Positions 18,539-27,162 of a stretch of 64,000 nucleotides of DNA are shown piece after piece. Under the pieces are notes generated by a model that saw nothing but the letters and a program-made list of their open reading frames with translations, made no database searches and was not told the origin of the DNA. Made by a program: the position numbers and the translations under genes. How positions within the stretch are numbered: position 1 is the first letter of the stretch; each line of letters starts with the position of its first letter. The stretch spans positions 1,408,001 through 1,472,000 of the forward strand of contig OZ241867.1 of assembly GCA_965203175.1 (NCBI GenBank), written 5' to 3'. The stretch is from Candidatus Latescibacterota bacterium (lineage in GTDB: Bacteria > Latescibacterota > UBA2968 > UBA8231).

Positions 18539-19354
18539 TCAGCACGAGTAGGGCCCCAACATCTTCTCCAGTAGTTGAACCCTCGCTGGTAGCCCACCCC
18601 AGCGGGGTGACGGTCGCTGAAGATCCACAGCAAGCCGGAAGACGTGCGTTCCGGGGTGCGAAGTTGTTCTATGGAGAAGCGTCCTACCCTCAGGATCCGA
18701 TGCTAAGACTGCAATCTGCTCAGACTGCGTTTGTGCGTCGATACGAAAAGCGGCGATGACGTGGGCATTGCAGTCCATTGCCCTTGCTGCCTGCAAGATT
18801 TTCAGCTTGCTGCTCATGGACGCCGCAAAGGAATCGGTTGGAGAAAGGATCAGGTCAATCGACTCCAAGGCCGCAGCTATGCTTGGCTCGGGAAGTAGGA
18901 AGTCAGCGCAGGCTAAGATCGCTACTTTGGTTCCGTCTAGGTCTATGGGTGTGAGGGTTTGGCCTGATTTGAAAGGACCTGCCTTAGTTGGGTTCTGGGG
19001 AATTAGCTTCCTCTGGCTTCCCGCGTACCCATCCGGAGTCGCAATGAAATGCGTTAGGAACATACCGTCTGTTGAGGTCTCAACTAGTCCAGCACAGATG
19101 GCTGTTCGGTATCTCTTCGCCAAGGCACAGACTTCCCCCACATGGGATCCATCGGGAACTGTTTCTCCGAGATCGACAAGATCGGTTTTAGATATTACAC
19201 CGCCGGAGATGTTCAACTCCGGAAAGACGTATATGTCTGTCTCAGAGGTTTCTCCATTAGCGAGGACCTCCTCCATCAACGCTAGGTTCTTGTCCGAATC
19301 GCCTGTGGAGCAATTGTGAGCCACTACGGCGATGGTTGTCGTTTTTGTCTTCAT
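18539..19354 (-). CDS. Carbon-nitrogen hydrolase (nitrilase superfamily)
   Basis: Triad VFPEL / QRKL / ACAD; GGAG RBS before ATG 19354. Confidence 0.88.
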   Translation of the reverse strand: MKTKTTTIAVVAHNCSTGDSDKNLALMEEVLANGETSETDIYVFPELNISGGVISKTDLVDLGETVPDGSHVGEVCALAKRYRTAICAGLVETSTDGMFLTHFIATPDGYAGSQRKLIPQNPTKAGPFKSGQTLTPIDLDGTKVAILACADFLLPEPSIAAALESIDLILSPTDSFAASMSSKLKILQAARAMDCNAHVIAAFRIDAQTQSEQIAVLASDPEGRTLLHRTTSHPGTHVFRLAVDLQRPSPRWGGLPARVQLLEKMLGPYSC

Positions 19355-19415
19355 AATCTCCGAGACTGAGGATGGTGTGCAACGTTTCAGTGCCCCAAAC
19401 CACGCAGCGGTTAGG

Positions 19416-19863
19416 CTAGGACGCCGGCCATGCCAAGTCAACTGCGAATGCCCCCATCGCAGTGAGTGGCAGCGACCGGGCTTGATTCTCGGTGCACCAC
19501 TCGCAACGATCCGTCGATCCGTCTTGCTCGAATCTGAGATCGAGGAAGCTAACAGTAACATTGTAGATGATACCGACGTGGTGAACCGAGTCGTACGGAC
19601 GCTCCACACTTTTGGGATAAGTGTGTGAATATACCTCAGTGACTCTAATCGCCTCAACGTCAGCGATGCCCGTTTCTTCTTCCAATTCTCGGAGCAGAGC
19701 AGCCTGTGGATGCTCTCCCCACTCAATCCCGCCACCTGGCATAGTCCACCTCCCTTGGTCCAGTCCGATAGCCATGCGAACCAAGAGAAGCCGGCCTGAC
19801 GGATCACGGCAAAACCCATAGGTACCCTATATAAACGCGCGGAGTATCGGAGGCTGAAGACAT
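19416..19863 (-). pseudogene. NUDIX hydrolase with +1 frameshift; close homolog of 23359-23805
   Basis: ATAGGGTACCTAT versus ATAGGTGCCTAT in the intact copy; Nudix box GGIEWGEHPQAALLRELEEETGI intact. Confidence 0.85.
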
Positions 19864-19971
19864 TCTGCTCGCTTTTCTTGAAGGAATACGGACTTTGTGG
19901 TAAATCAAAGACTCTGCCTGGGTTGGTGAAGCCACATGGCTTGGCTTCGTTGAAGTCTGATCCTATCGCAT

Positions 19972-20527
19972 TCAGTCGAAGGCATTTAGAGCTTGTGAAC
20001 TTTCAGGGTAACACTGTTCGAGAAAGGCTCTGACAATCGCTGGATTCTTTGACGAGTCCCATCCGCGTCTTTCTTGGTCAGCTTCTGGTTCAATGTCGGC
20101 GATGAGCAAATCCTCAACAAACGGCTTTGACGAAGCAAGCACCACTCCGTTGGGATCAATGATGTTTGTTGATCCGTAGGAAGCGAATCCATCTTGATGC
20201 CCCGCGACGTCAGCCGCTATCACGGTCAAGCCATTCTCGACCGCCCGGGCGATCTGAGCGCTCCTAGCCCTAGCTACTACATCGGCCTTGTTAAGCGGCA
20301 AGCAGTTGTTCGTGGGAACGAAAAGAACAGTCGCCCCTTTGGCTGCCATGACTCGGGACGGCTCGATATAATTGGTGTCATTGCAGATGATGATGCCAAA
20401 TGTCAACGATCCAAGCGTAAAGGTTGGCAGTTCGTCACCTGCATTATAGATCGAGTTGCGAATCGCTGGATACGCTTTTCGATATCGACCGAATACCTTA
20501 CCGCGGTGAAAAATAATAGCTGTATTG
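19972..20527 (-). pseudogene. Carbon-nitrogen hydrolase, 5'-truncated by IS5 copy 2
   Basis: Frame is open to the IS junction: NTAIIFHRGKVFGRYRK...FGIIICND...ARAVEN...YGSTNIIDPNG; the catalytic Glu region is missing. Confidence 0.85.
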
Positions 20528-21687
20528 GGCGTTGTTGCATGAAAGCTGTGTTCGGGTCTTGAAATGAGTCAGGCTCTTCGGTTAGATTGGTTCGTGGTTT
20601 CCAGCAAGAAACACGTTCCTTTCTTCCCAAAGAGCCTGTGATGAGCAAAGTATCTGGCAGTTCGCCCTCGGTCAAGTCGCAACCGGTGTATCGGGTTAAG
20701 AATTGGTCGTCGTATAATCGGGCGTTGGTGGCTCGTGGTAGCCTGACGGTGTGGCTGGACGATGGTCTGTGGAAGCAATGGTATGCTCAGGGGCCATCGC
20801 AACGGGGTGCTCAGTTTGTCTATTCGGATCCAGCGATTGAATGGATGTTGACGATGCGGGTGTTGCTTGGGTTGCCGTTGCGCCAGACGCAGGGGTTTAT
20901 CCAATCGCTGTTGGACTTGATGGGGTTGGCCTTGGCCGTGCCGGACTACTCGACCTTGTCGCGTCGCCAAGGGGCCTTGGCGGTGGAGTTGCCGAAAAAG
21001 CAGCCCGATAGCCCGGCTAGCCCGATGCACTTGGTAGTGGATTCGACGGGTTTGAAAGTCTATGGCGAGGGCGAGAGGAAAGTCCGTCAACACGGCTGGA
21101 CCAAACGGCGCACGTGGCGCAAACTGCATGTGGGGGTCAACGAGGCCACCGGCGAGGTGGTCGCGCAGACGTTGACGTCCCATCGGATCGATGATGCCTC
21201 GCAGGTGGCCCCTCTGTTGACCCAAGTCGACGAGGCGGTGGAGGCGGTAGGCGGCGATGGGGCCTATGACAAACAGAAGGTGTTCGACGCCTTGGCCACG
21301 CGGAGTGATCCCTCGATTCGGCCGATCATCGCACTGCGCAAAGACGCTACAATCCATCAGCATGGTAATTGTAAGGTCCCCCCGTTGGCGCGCGATGAAA
21401 TCCTGCGGGCCATACGACGAAAGGGACGCAAGGAGTGGAAACAGGCCAGTGGCTATCATCGACGCTCGTTGGCCGAAACGCAAATCTATCGCTATAAGCA
21501 CCTCATCGGCGACAAGCTGAAGGCGCGTAGCTGGATCAACCAACAGGTCGAAAGTCGCCTCGGCTGTGCCCTCCTCAATCGAATGATCCATGTGGGCAAA
21601 CCCCAGTCGTATCGAGTAGAAAAAATCAACTGAACAAAAAACAACATTCGACAATGATGCCCCAGATATGATTCATGCAACAACGCC
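20528..21687 (+). mobile_element. IS5-family (IS903 group) insertion sequence, copy 2, inverted relative to copy 1
   Basis: Same 16-bp TIRs (20528-20543, 21672-21687), same 1160-bp length, identical transposase translation. Confidence 0.95.
20641..21633 (+). CDS. IS5-family transposase
   Basis: Identical protein to copy 1. Confidence 0.95.
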   Translation: MSKVSGSSPSVKSQPVYRVKNWSSYNRALVARGSLTVWLDDGLWKQWYAQGPSQRGAQFVYSDPAIEWMLTMRVLLGLPLRQTQGFIQSLLDLMGLALAVPDYSTLSRRQGALAVELPKKQPDSPASPMHLVVDSTGLKVYGEGERKVRQHGWTKRRTWRKLHVGVNEATGEVVAQTLTSHRIDDASQVAPLLTQVDEAVEAVGGDGAYDKQKVFDALATRSDPSIRPIIALRKDATIHQHGNCKVPPLARDEILRAIRRKGRKEWKQASGYHRRSLAETQIYRYKHLIGDKLKARSWINQQVESRLGCALLNRMIHVGKPQSYRVEKIN

Positions 21688-21832
21688 TGTCAGAGACAAC
21701 ACGAATCTTCTGACTAAACCGCCGGTGTTCTGCTCTCTGCCAGAAGTGATATGGGTTAGAAACCATCAGACTGTCGCTGGGCATCTGCGGCGACGCGCCT
21801 TTCGCGACGCTGAGCTTGGAGGGCCTGCTTAA
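21688..21832 (+). pseudogene. 3' part of the IS-split NDT-like gene
   Basis: Begins with TGTCAGAGA (reverse complement of 16263-16271); in frame VRDNTNLLTKPPVFCSLPEVIWV...GGPA*. Confidence 0.7.
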
Positions 21833-21976
21833 TTCCGGATTCGGTCTCACAAGCGGCTCAAATAGCCTAAGAACGAGACGTCTCTCCTCGGAAATTATCC
21901 AAACCAACTGTTCGGGTACAAGCAGTTATGCGCTATGCCAAATTATGATGACATATTCTGAAATAGAGGAAGTACT

Positions 21977-22432
21977 ATGCCATCGAATGCTCCGACATAT
22001 GAAGGAAACTGTCTCTGCGGTCATGTAAGAATACAGGTGGAAGGTTCGCCTATTAAAGCTGGGTATTGCCATTGTAAGACATGCCGAACATGGCACGCGG
22101 CACCCATTAATGCTTACTCAGTGTGGCCGAACGAAGCCGTTCGCATTACGCAAGGTGAAGATTTGATTGCGAACTATCAGAGTAGAAATAGTAATCGACA
22201 TTGGTGTCGGCACTGTGGATCGGGTTTGATGAACCGTATAAGGAACGAGAGGACGGTAGTGTATGCTATGGTACTGGCCGAATCGGGCTATGTCCATGAA
22301 GCAGACTGCCATATCAACTGCGCTGAAGCCGTGTTGGATCTGCAGGACGGGATTCCCAAATATGTGGGGGAGCCGGATTCCGAGCCCATGGAAGAACCGC
22401 TACAGACCCGGATGCGACCCTCCACTGCCTAA
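21977..22432 (+). CDS. GFA/CENP-V family zinc-binding protein
   Basis: GNCLCG, CHCKTCR, WCRHCGS; GAGG RBS. Confidence 0.92.
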   Translation: MPSNAPTYEGNCLCGHVRIQVEGSPIKAGYCHCKTCRTWHAAPINAYSVWPNEAVRITQGEDLIANYQSRNSNRHWCRHCGSGLMNRIRNERTVVYAMVLAESGYVHEADCHINCAEAVLDLQDGIPKYVGEPDSEPMEEPLQTRMRPSTA

Positions 22433-22544
22433 GTTAGGAGGACCTGGGCTGCTCTGAGTGGGCGTAGCCGTAATGGGCAGGATGTCTACAACGACGTAAA
22501 TCTTGGTAAAAAATGAAGCGATGTGCTGATAACAAGCACGGGGA

Positions 22545-23138
22545 GTGTCTGAACGAGGTACTCGGAAGGACCGTAGACAGGAGAAAATAGTCTTGCGGCG
22601 GGCAATTTTGGAGGATGTCAGGAAGATCGAACCACTTGACGACTTGGAAGCGGAACACCAGCGCGATGCCATCGAATGGATTGAGAGTGGAGCGGAGCTA
22701 TGCCGCCAAGTGAAGCCAGCAACACCTCCCAAGCATCTCGTATCCTATTTTGTGCTTACGGACGACGACCACTTCCTTCTCGTAGAACACAGAAACGCCG
22801 GCCTCTGGTTGCCGACAGGTGGACACGTTGAGTCCGATGAGCGTCCCAGTGAAACTGCAAGAAGGGAGGCGAAAGAGGAATTGGGGATCGAACCCCGACT
22901 TTTCTCAGAGAAGCCGCTATTCATCACCTCAACGAAAACTGTTGGAAGGACAGAAAGACACACTGACATCTCCCTTTGGTATGTCGTGGTTCACCCGCGG
23001 ACGGAGGAACTTCATTTCGACCAGACGGAATTTAAATCGATTAGATGGTTTCACAGGGACGAACTGCCGCTAGATCGGTGCGATCCGCACATGGGTAGAT
23101 TCGTCCAGAAGCTAGGGAGTCTCGCCAACCGCAGGTAA
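22545..23138 (+). CDS. NUDIX hydrolase
   Basis: HLVSYF, WLPTGGHVESDERPSETARREAKEELG, DPHMGRF. Confidence 0.9.
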   Translation: MSERGTRKDRRQEKIVLRRAILEDVRKIEPLDDLEAEHQRDAIEWIESGAELCRQVKPATPPKHLVSYFVLTDDDHFLLVEHRNAGLWLPTGGHVESDERPSETARREAKEELGIEPRLFSEKPLFITSTKTVGRTERHTDISLWYVVVHPRTEELHFDQTEFKSIRWFHRDELPLDRCDPHMGRFVQKLGSLANRR

Positions 23139-23202
23139 CACGTCGGTGCATGGCCCAGCTCTGACGGGCTTCGCAAGTTCATGCACCGCGAGAACGTTAG
23201 AG
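23133..23202 (+). repeat. attC-like imperfect palindrome
   Basis: Stop codon within TAAC, arms CGGTGCATG/CATGCACCG, ends GTTAGAG just before the next ATG; 70 bp. Confidence 0.5.
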
Positions 23203-23203
23203 G

Positions 23204-23335
23204 ATGATGTTGACAACCACGATGCTTCCACCGCAGGCAAGAACGGCCTTCCACCTGCTCGAACAATTTGAGCGACCTTGGTTTGTTGCAGGTGGCTGGG
23301 CACTAGACCTGTTCTTGGGGCAAATTACACGCGAT
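23204..23335 (+). pseudogene. N-terminal fragment of an aminoglycoside-2''-adenylyltransferase-like nucleotidyltransferase
   Basis: PWFVAGGWALDLFLGQITR, broken before the expected H-x-D-x-D at the start of the NUDIX repeat. Confidence 0.7.
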
Positions 23336-23358
23336 TTCCTTCAAGAAAGGCGAGCAGA

Positions 23359-23805
23359 ATGTCTTCAGCCTCCGATACTCCACGCGTTTATATAGGTGCC
23401 TATGGATTTTGCCGTGATCCGTCAGGCCGGCTTCTCTTGGTTCGCATGGCTAGCGGACTGGACCAAGGAAGATGGACTATGCCAGGCGGCGGGATTGAGT
23501 GGGGAGAGCATCCAAAGGCTACCCTGCTCCGCGAATTGGAAGAGGAAACGGGCATCGCTGACGTTGAGGCGATTGGAGTCGCAGAGGTGTATTCACACAC
23601 GTACACCAGAAGTGTGGAGCGTCCGTACGACTCGGTTCACCACGTCGGTATCATCTACAATGTTACAGTTGGCTTCCTCGACCTCAGATCCGAGCAAGAC
23701 GGCTCGACGGATCGTTGCGAGTGGTGTACCGAGGATCAAGCCCGGTCGCTGCCACTGACTGCGGTGGGAGCATTCGCAGTTGACCTAGTGTGGCCGGCGT
23801 CTTAG
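23359..23805 (+). CDS. NUDIX hydrolase
   Basis: Nudix box GGIEWGEHPKATLLRELEEETGI. Confidence 0.92.
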   Translation: MSSASDTPRVYIGAYGFCRDPSGRLLLVRMASGLDQGRWTMPGGGIEWGEHPKATLLRELEEETGIADVEAIGVAEVYSHTYTRSVERPYDSVHHVGIIYNVTVGFLDLRSEQDGSTDRCEWCTEDQARSLPLTAVGAFAVDLVWPAS

Positions 23806-23931
23806 CCACGCGTTCTGTTGGTGAAGTGGAGACACCGCCCAACATGTAGAGCCCGGCTGCCGCGCTCGCGCGCCTCTAACCCGACCTAGCTTCACCACAA
23901 ACTTTGACCGCCCACGACGATCGGAGGATCA

Positions 23932-25335
23932 ATGAAACGTACATCAATAGCATCTTTTCGTCCGCAGACTTGGCAATTGTCCCTCCACATAGTATTGGCT
24001 CTGCTCTGCCTGCGGACCGCCCCTGCCTTCTCGGCCATCGATACCCTCGTCGTCCTGCACACCAACGACTTTCACGGCTACATCTCGTCCGACGGCGACC
24101 GAGCCGCCGGACTGGCTCGCATTGCCACGTACTTCAACAGCGAACGCGCCCAGAGCTCGAAGGTGCTGGCCCTAGATGCTGGAGACTGCGTATCCGGCAC
24201 GCCCGTCTCAATCCTCTTTCAAGGGCGACCGATTTTTGAGGCAATGACAGCCGTCGGCTACGACGCCGTCACGCTCGGCAACCACGAATTTGACTATGGC
24301 TGGCGCGAGATCCTCGCCTACCGCGATATCGCCGACTTTCCCCTGCTGAGCGCAAACGCACGCGACCCTGCCGGCGAACTAATCGCCGACGCGCCTTTCG
24401 CAACGCTGAGTTTAGATGACTTGCGCGTCGGCATCATCGGCGTCACGACGGAGAAAACCAGAGACATTACCACGACGAAGGGCAACGAAGGAGTGACGTT
24501 CGACGGGGAAATCGCGTCCGTCCGTGCGGCCATTGACTCGATCAAAGCCCACGTCGATATCGTCATCCTCCTGTCCCATGCCGGTCACGTTGCCGACAGT
24601 ACTTTGGCCGAATCGGTGGACGGCATCGATCTCATTGTCAGCGGTCACAACCACACAGTCCTCAGTCCTCCTCAGATCGTGCGAGACACCCCAATCGTCC
24701 GCGCCGGTGCTTATACATCGCACGTCGGCCGCGTCCAACTGCTCTACGACCATGAGGCGGAACAGGTGACAAAAGTCGAGGGGTTTGTCGTGCCCGCCGC
24801 TGACGATCGAGTTCAACAGCCAGACCTCAAGGTAGCCGCCATCGTAGCAAAATGGGAAGATCGCGTCTCCCAATTGGTCGACGTCACCATCGGACACACC
24901 GAGCGAGACTGGAGTGAGGAGGAGATGTACATGCTCGTAGAGCACATCTTGGCGACCCGGTCCGGCTCGGACATCGGCTTCTACAACAAAGGAGGCGTGC
25001 GGAATCGCTTGTATCAGGGCAACATTACGGCCCGTCACATCTGGAACATCCACCCCTTCGGCAATCAACTCGCCATCGTGCAGATTCGCGGGAAGGACAT
25101 CGGCGGCAAACTGTTGGAGCGGCTAACCGCTGCGGGCACGGCGCTTGATCCCAACCGTCTCTATACGGTGGCGACGAGCTCCTTTGTCGTCGAGCCGCCT
25201 CGGCGCGAGTCATTGATCGGGACGGCCAAGTCGGTGTGGCTTGAAGAGGATTTGATCCGCGACGTAGTTATCAACTACATCAAACAGGGCGGTCCCATCG
25301 ACGCGCTGTTGCCGCCGACTACAACGGAGGAGTGA
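23932..25335 (+). CDS. Secreted bifunctional metallophosphatase/5'-nucleotidase
   Basis: Signal peptide, HTNDFH, DAGD, GNHEFD, SGHNH, N.GGVR, PFGN; GGAGG RBS. Confidence 0.93.
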   Translation: MKRTSIASFRPQTWQLSLHIVLALLCLRTAPAFSAIDTLVVLHTNDFHGYISSDGDRAAGLARIATYFNSERAQSSKVLALDAGDCVSGTPVSILFQGRPIFEAMTAVGYDAVTLGNHEFDYGWREILAYRDIADFPLLSANARDPAGELIADAPFATLSLDDLRVGIIGVTTEKTRDITTTKGNEGVTFDGEIASVRAAIDSIKAHVDIVILLSHAGHVADSTLAESVDGIDLIVSGHNHTVLSPPQIVRDTPIVRAGAYTSHVGRVQLLYDHEAEQVTKVEGFVVPAADDRVQQPDLKVAAIVAKWEDRVSQLVDVTIGHTERDWSEEEMYMLVEHILATRSGSDIGFYNKGGVRNRLYQGNITARHIWNIHPFGNQLAIVQIRGKDIGGKLLERLTAAGTALDPNRLYTVATSSFVVEPPRRESLIGTAKSVWLEEDLIRDVVINYIKQGGPIDALLPPTTTEE

Positions 25336-25365
25336 TCTTCTACGGGGTCAGTATCTTGCAGAAGC

Positions 25366-26259
25366 TCACCCTCCGACCAACCCCTGGTGGGCGTAGTGCC
25401 AATCCTCTAAGTGATTGAGCAACACCCCTGAAGTCCACGTCGGAGGACGCTGCAAAGTGGCGTGGATCTCGGCCTGCTTGGCGGCGATGTGCTCGCGTTC
25501 GAGCAGGCGCTGATTGAAGGCCGCCACCGCTTCTCCCTCGATAGTACCTTCCTGTCGCACCCAGTCCTCAAACGCGAGATAGGTCGGCATCTCCTCGCGG
25601 AGAAACGCCAGGGCTGCGTCCTGATCCACCTGCAAGGTCTGCAAGCAGCGCTGGTCGAGGCTGCCCTCGGCACAGTCGGGGTAGTCGAGATGCAGCCAGC
25701 CCCTGGCGCGCAGGCAGGTCTTGAGCCACGTGCGCGGAAGCTGACAGATGCCCAGCGGGCCTCGGTCGATGCTGCTGAGAGTAGGGGCCACAGGCCCGGG
25801 CAGGCCCGGGGCATCGGGGGTGAGGACGCGAGCGAAGACGCGGCGATGGAAAAGGTGCCAGTCCTGTAGGCAGTTGAGCAGCACGGCCGATACCTCGGTC
25901 GTCTCCTCCAGCGACCAGCCTATATCCCCATAGGTCTCGTCGATTTTGTCCGGTCTATAGTGGGTGCGCGGCACCAGCGACTCATTCCAACGCGCGATGC
26001 ACATGGAATCGTAGGTGCCTTCGGCGGTCACCCACTCCTCGAATTCTAGGTAGTTAGGCCGCTGGTCCCACAAAAATTTCAAGGCACTGTCTTGGTCGAT
26101 TCGCAGCACCTCCAGCACGTATTTGTCGAGACCGCCACTGCAAAAGGGATAGTCCTCGTCGAGTTGCCCGGCTTGATGGAGGAGGTTTTTCCACCACAGA
26201 CGCGGTAGCTGGGCTACGCCTAGCGGACCTTGACAGAGAGTGCTGACCAATGGAATCAC
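25366..26259 (-). CDS. Protein with two tandem DUF5069-like domains
   Basis: Internal repeat GPLG..QLPR.W.K...DYP.C..G.LD...P.YL.FE.WV...LLN.L.DWH. Confidence 0.65.
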   Translation of the reverse strand: MIPLVSTLCQGPLGVAQLPRLWWKNLLHQAGQLDEDYPFCSGGLDKYVLEVLRIDQDSALKFLWDQRPNYLEFEEWVTAEGTYDSMCIARWNESLVPRTHYRPDKIDETYGDIGWSLEETTEVSAVLLNCLQDWHLFHRRVFARVLTPDAPGLPGPVAPTLSSIDRGPLGICQLPRTWLKTCLRARGWLHLDYPDCAEGSLDQRCLQTLQVDQDAALAFLREEMPTYLAFEDWVRQEGTIEGEAVAAFNQRLLEREHIAAKQAEIHATLQRPPTWTSGVLLNHLEDWHYAHQGLVGG

Positions 26260-26271
26260 AATCTGCTCCTT

Positions 26272-27126
26272 TCAGGTGGCTGCCAACTCAAACAGCGGTG
26301 TATTCTCCTCGGCGCGGACCCGCAAGTCTTCCACTTCGGCATCCGTGAGCGGCGCGAGGCGGTCGGCCATGTCTAGGGCCATTTCAAAGAGGGGGATTTC
26401 ACCGGGCGGCAGGGCGGCCGTGATGGGCTGCGATAGGGCGAAGCGCAGGGCTAGCTCGGCTAGCTCCGGCTCGTCAATGGGATCGTACCAGCATTTGGCG
26501 TAGCGTTTGGGTGCCCCTTGGGGTAGGAGCGAGCGGGCCATGGCTTTGAGGGCTAGGCAGGCGGTGCCGCGCTCCTGTGCCTTGGCCACAACTTGGGGGC
26601 CGAAGTCCGCCTGGAAGTAATTGACCCAGTTGACGGGGAAAAGCACCGAGTCAAAGGGGAAATAGTCCAGCAGTTGCAAGGCGATTTCAGCCGAGTGGGC
26701 TGAAAAACCTATATGGCGCACCAAGCCTTGATCGCGGGCCTCCACAAACGCCTCCAAGGCTCCGTCGGGAGCAGTCGCCGAGGCAAAATCCTCATCCGTG
26801 GTCATGGCGTGCAATTGGTACAGATCAAAGTGGTCGGTGCGCATGGTCTTGAGCGATTGGCGCAACTCAGCGGCAGCCCCGGCCCGCGTGCGCTGGGTCG
26901 TCTTGCAGGCCAAGAATACATCGCTGCGATACGGTTCCAGAGCTGGCCCCAAACGCTCCTCGGCGTTGCCGTAGGACGGAGCCACGTCAAAGTAATTAAC
27001 GCCGCGTTCAACGGCTCGTCCCACCAAGCGGGCGGCCTCGACCGCTTCCACTTGGCTGACGACGATGCCGCCAAAGCCGATTACAGAGAGATGTTCACCA
27101 GTGGTGCCATAGGGACGTCGCTGCAT
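26272..27126 (-). CDS. Aldo/keto reductase
   Basis: IGFGG, YFDVAPSYG, DHFDLYQLH, IGFSAH. Confidence 0.92.
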   Translation of the reverse strand: MQRRPYGTTGEHLSVIGFGGIVVSQVEAVEAARLVGRAVERGVNYFDVAPSYGNAEERLGPALEPYRSDVFLACKTTQRTRAGAAAELRQSLKTMRTDHFDLYQLHAMTTDEDFASATAPDGALEAFVEARDQGLVRHIGFSAHSAEIALQLLDYFPFDSVLFPVNWVNYFQADFGPQVVAKAQERGTACLALKAMARSLLPQGAPKRYAKCWYDPIDEPELAELALRFALSQPITAALPPGEIPLFEMALDMADRLAPLTDAEVEDLRVRAEENTPLFELAAT

Positions 27127-27162
27127 GGATATTCTCCTATTTTCCAGTAGTGATTAGACCAT

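Noticed and set aside
18539-19819. 426-aa ORF as a single protein
   Set aside because: The first 155 codons are an off-frame reading of the NUDIX pseudogene; the real gene starts at 19354
15103-21687. Composite transposon inserted as one unit
   Set aside because: Outer flanks (GTTAATATT vs TGTCAGAGA) differ, and the internal DNA is continuous with the right flank once re-inverted
23204-23335. Functional aminoglycoside resistance gene
   Set aside because: Only ~43 codons remain and the catalytic aspartates are missing
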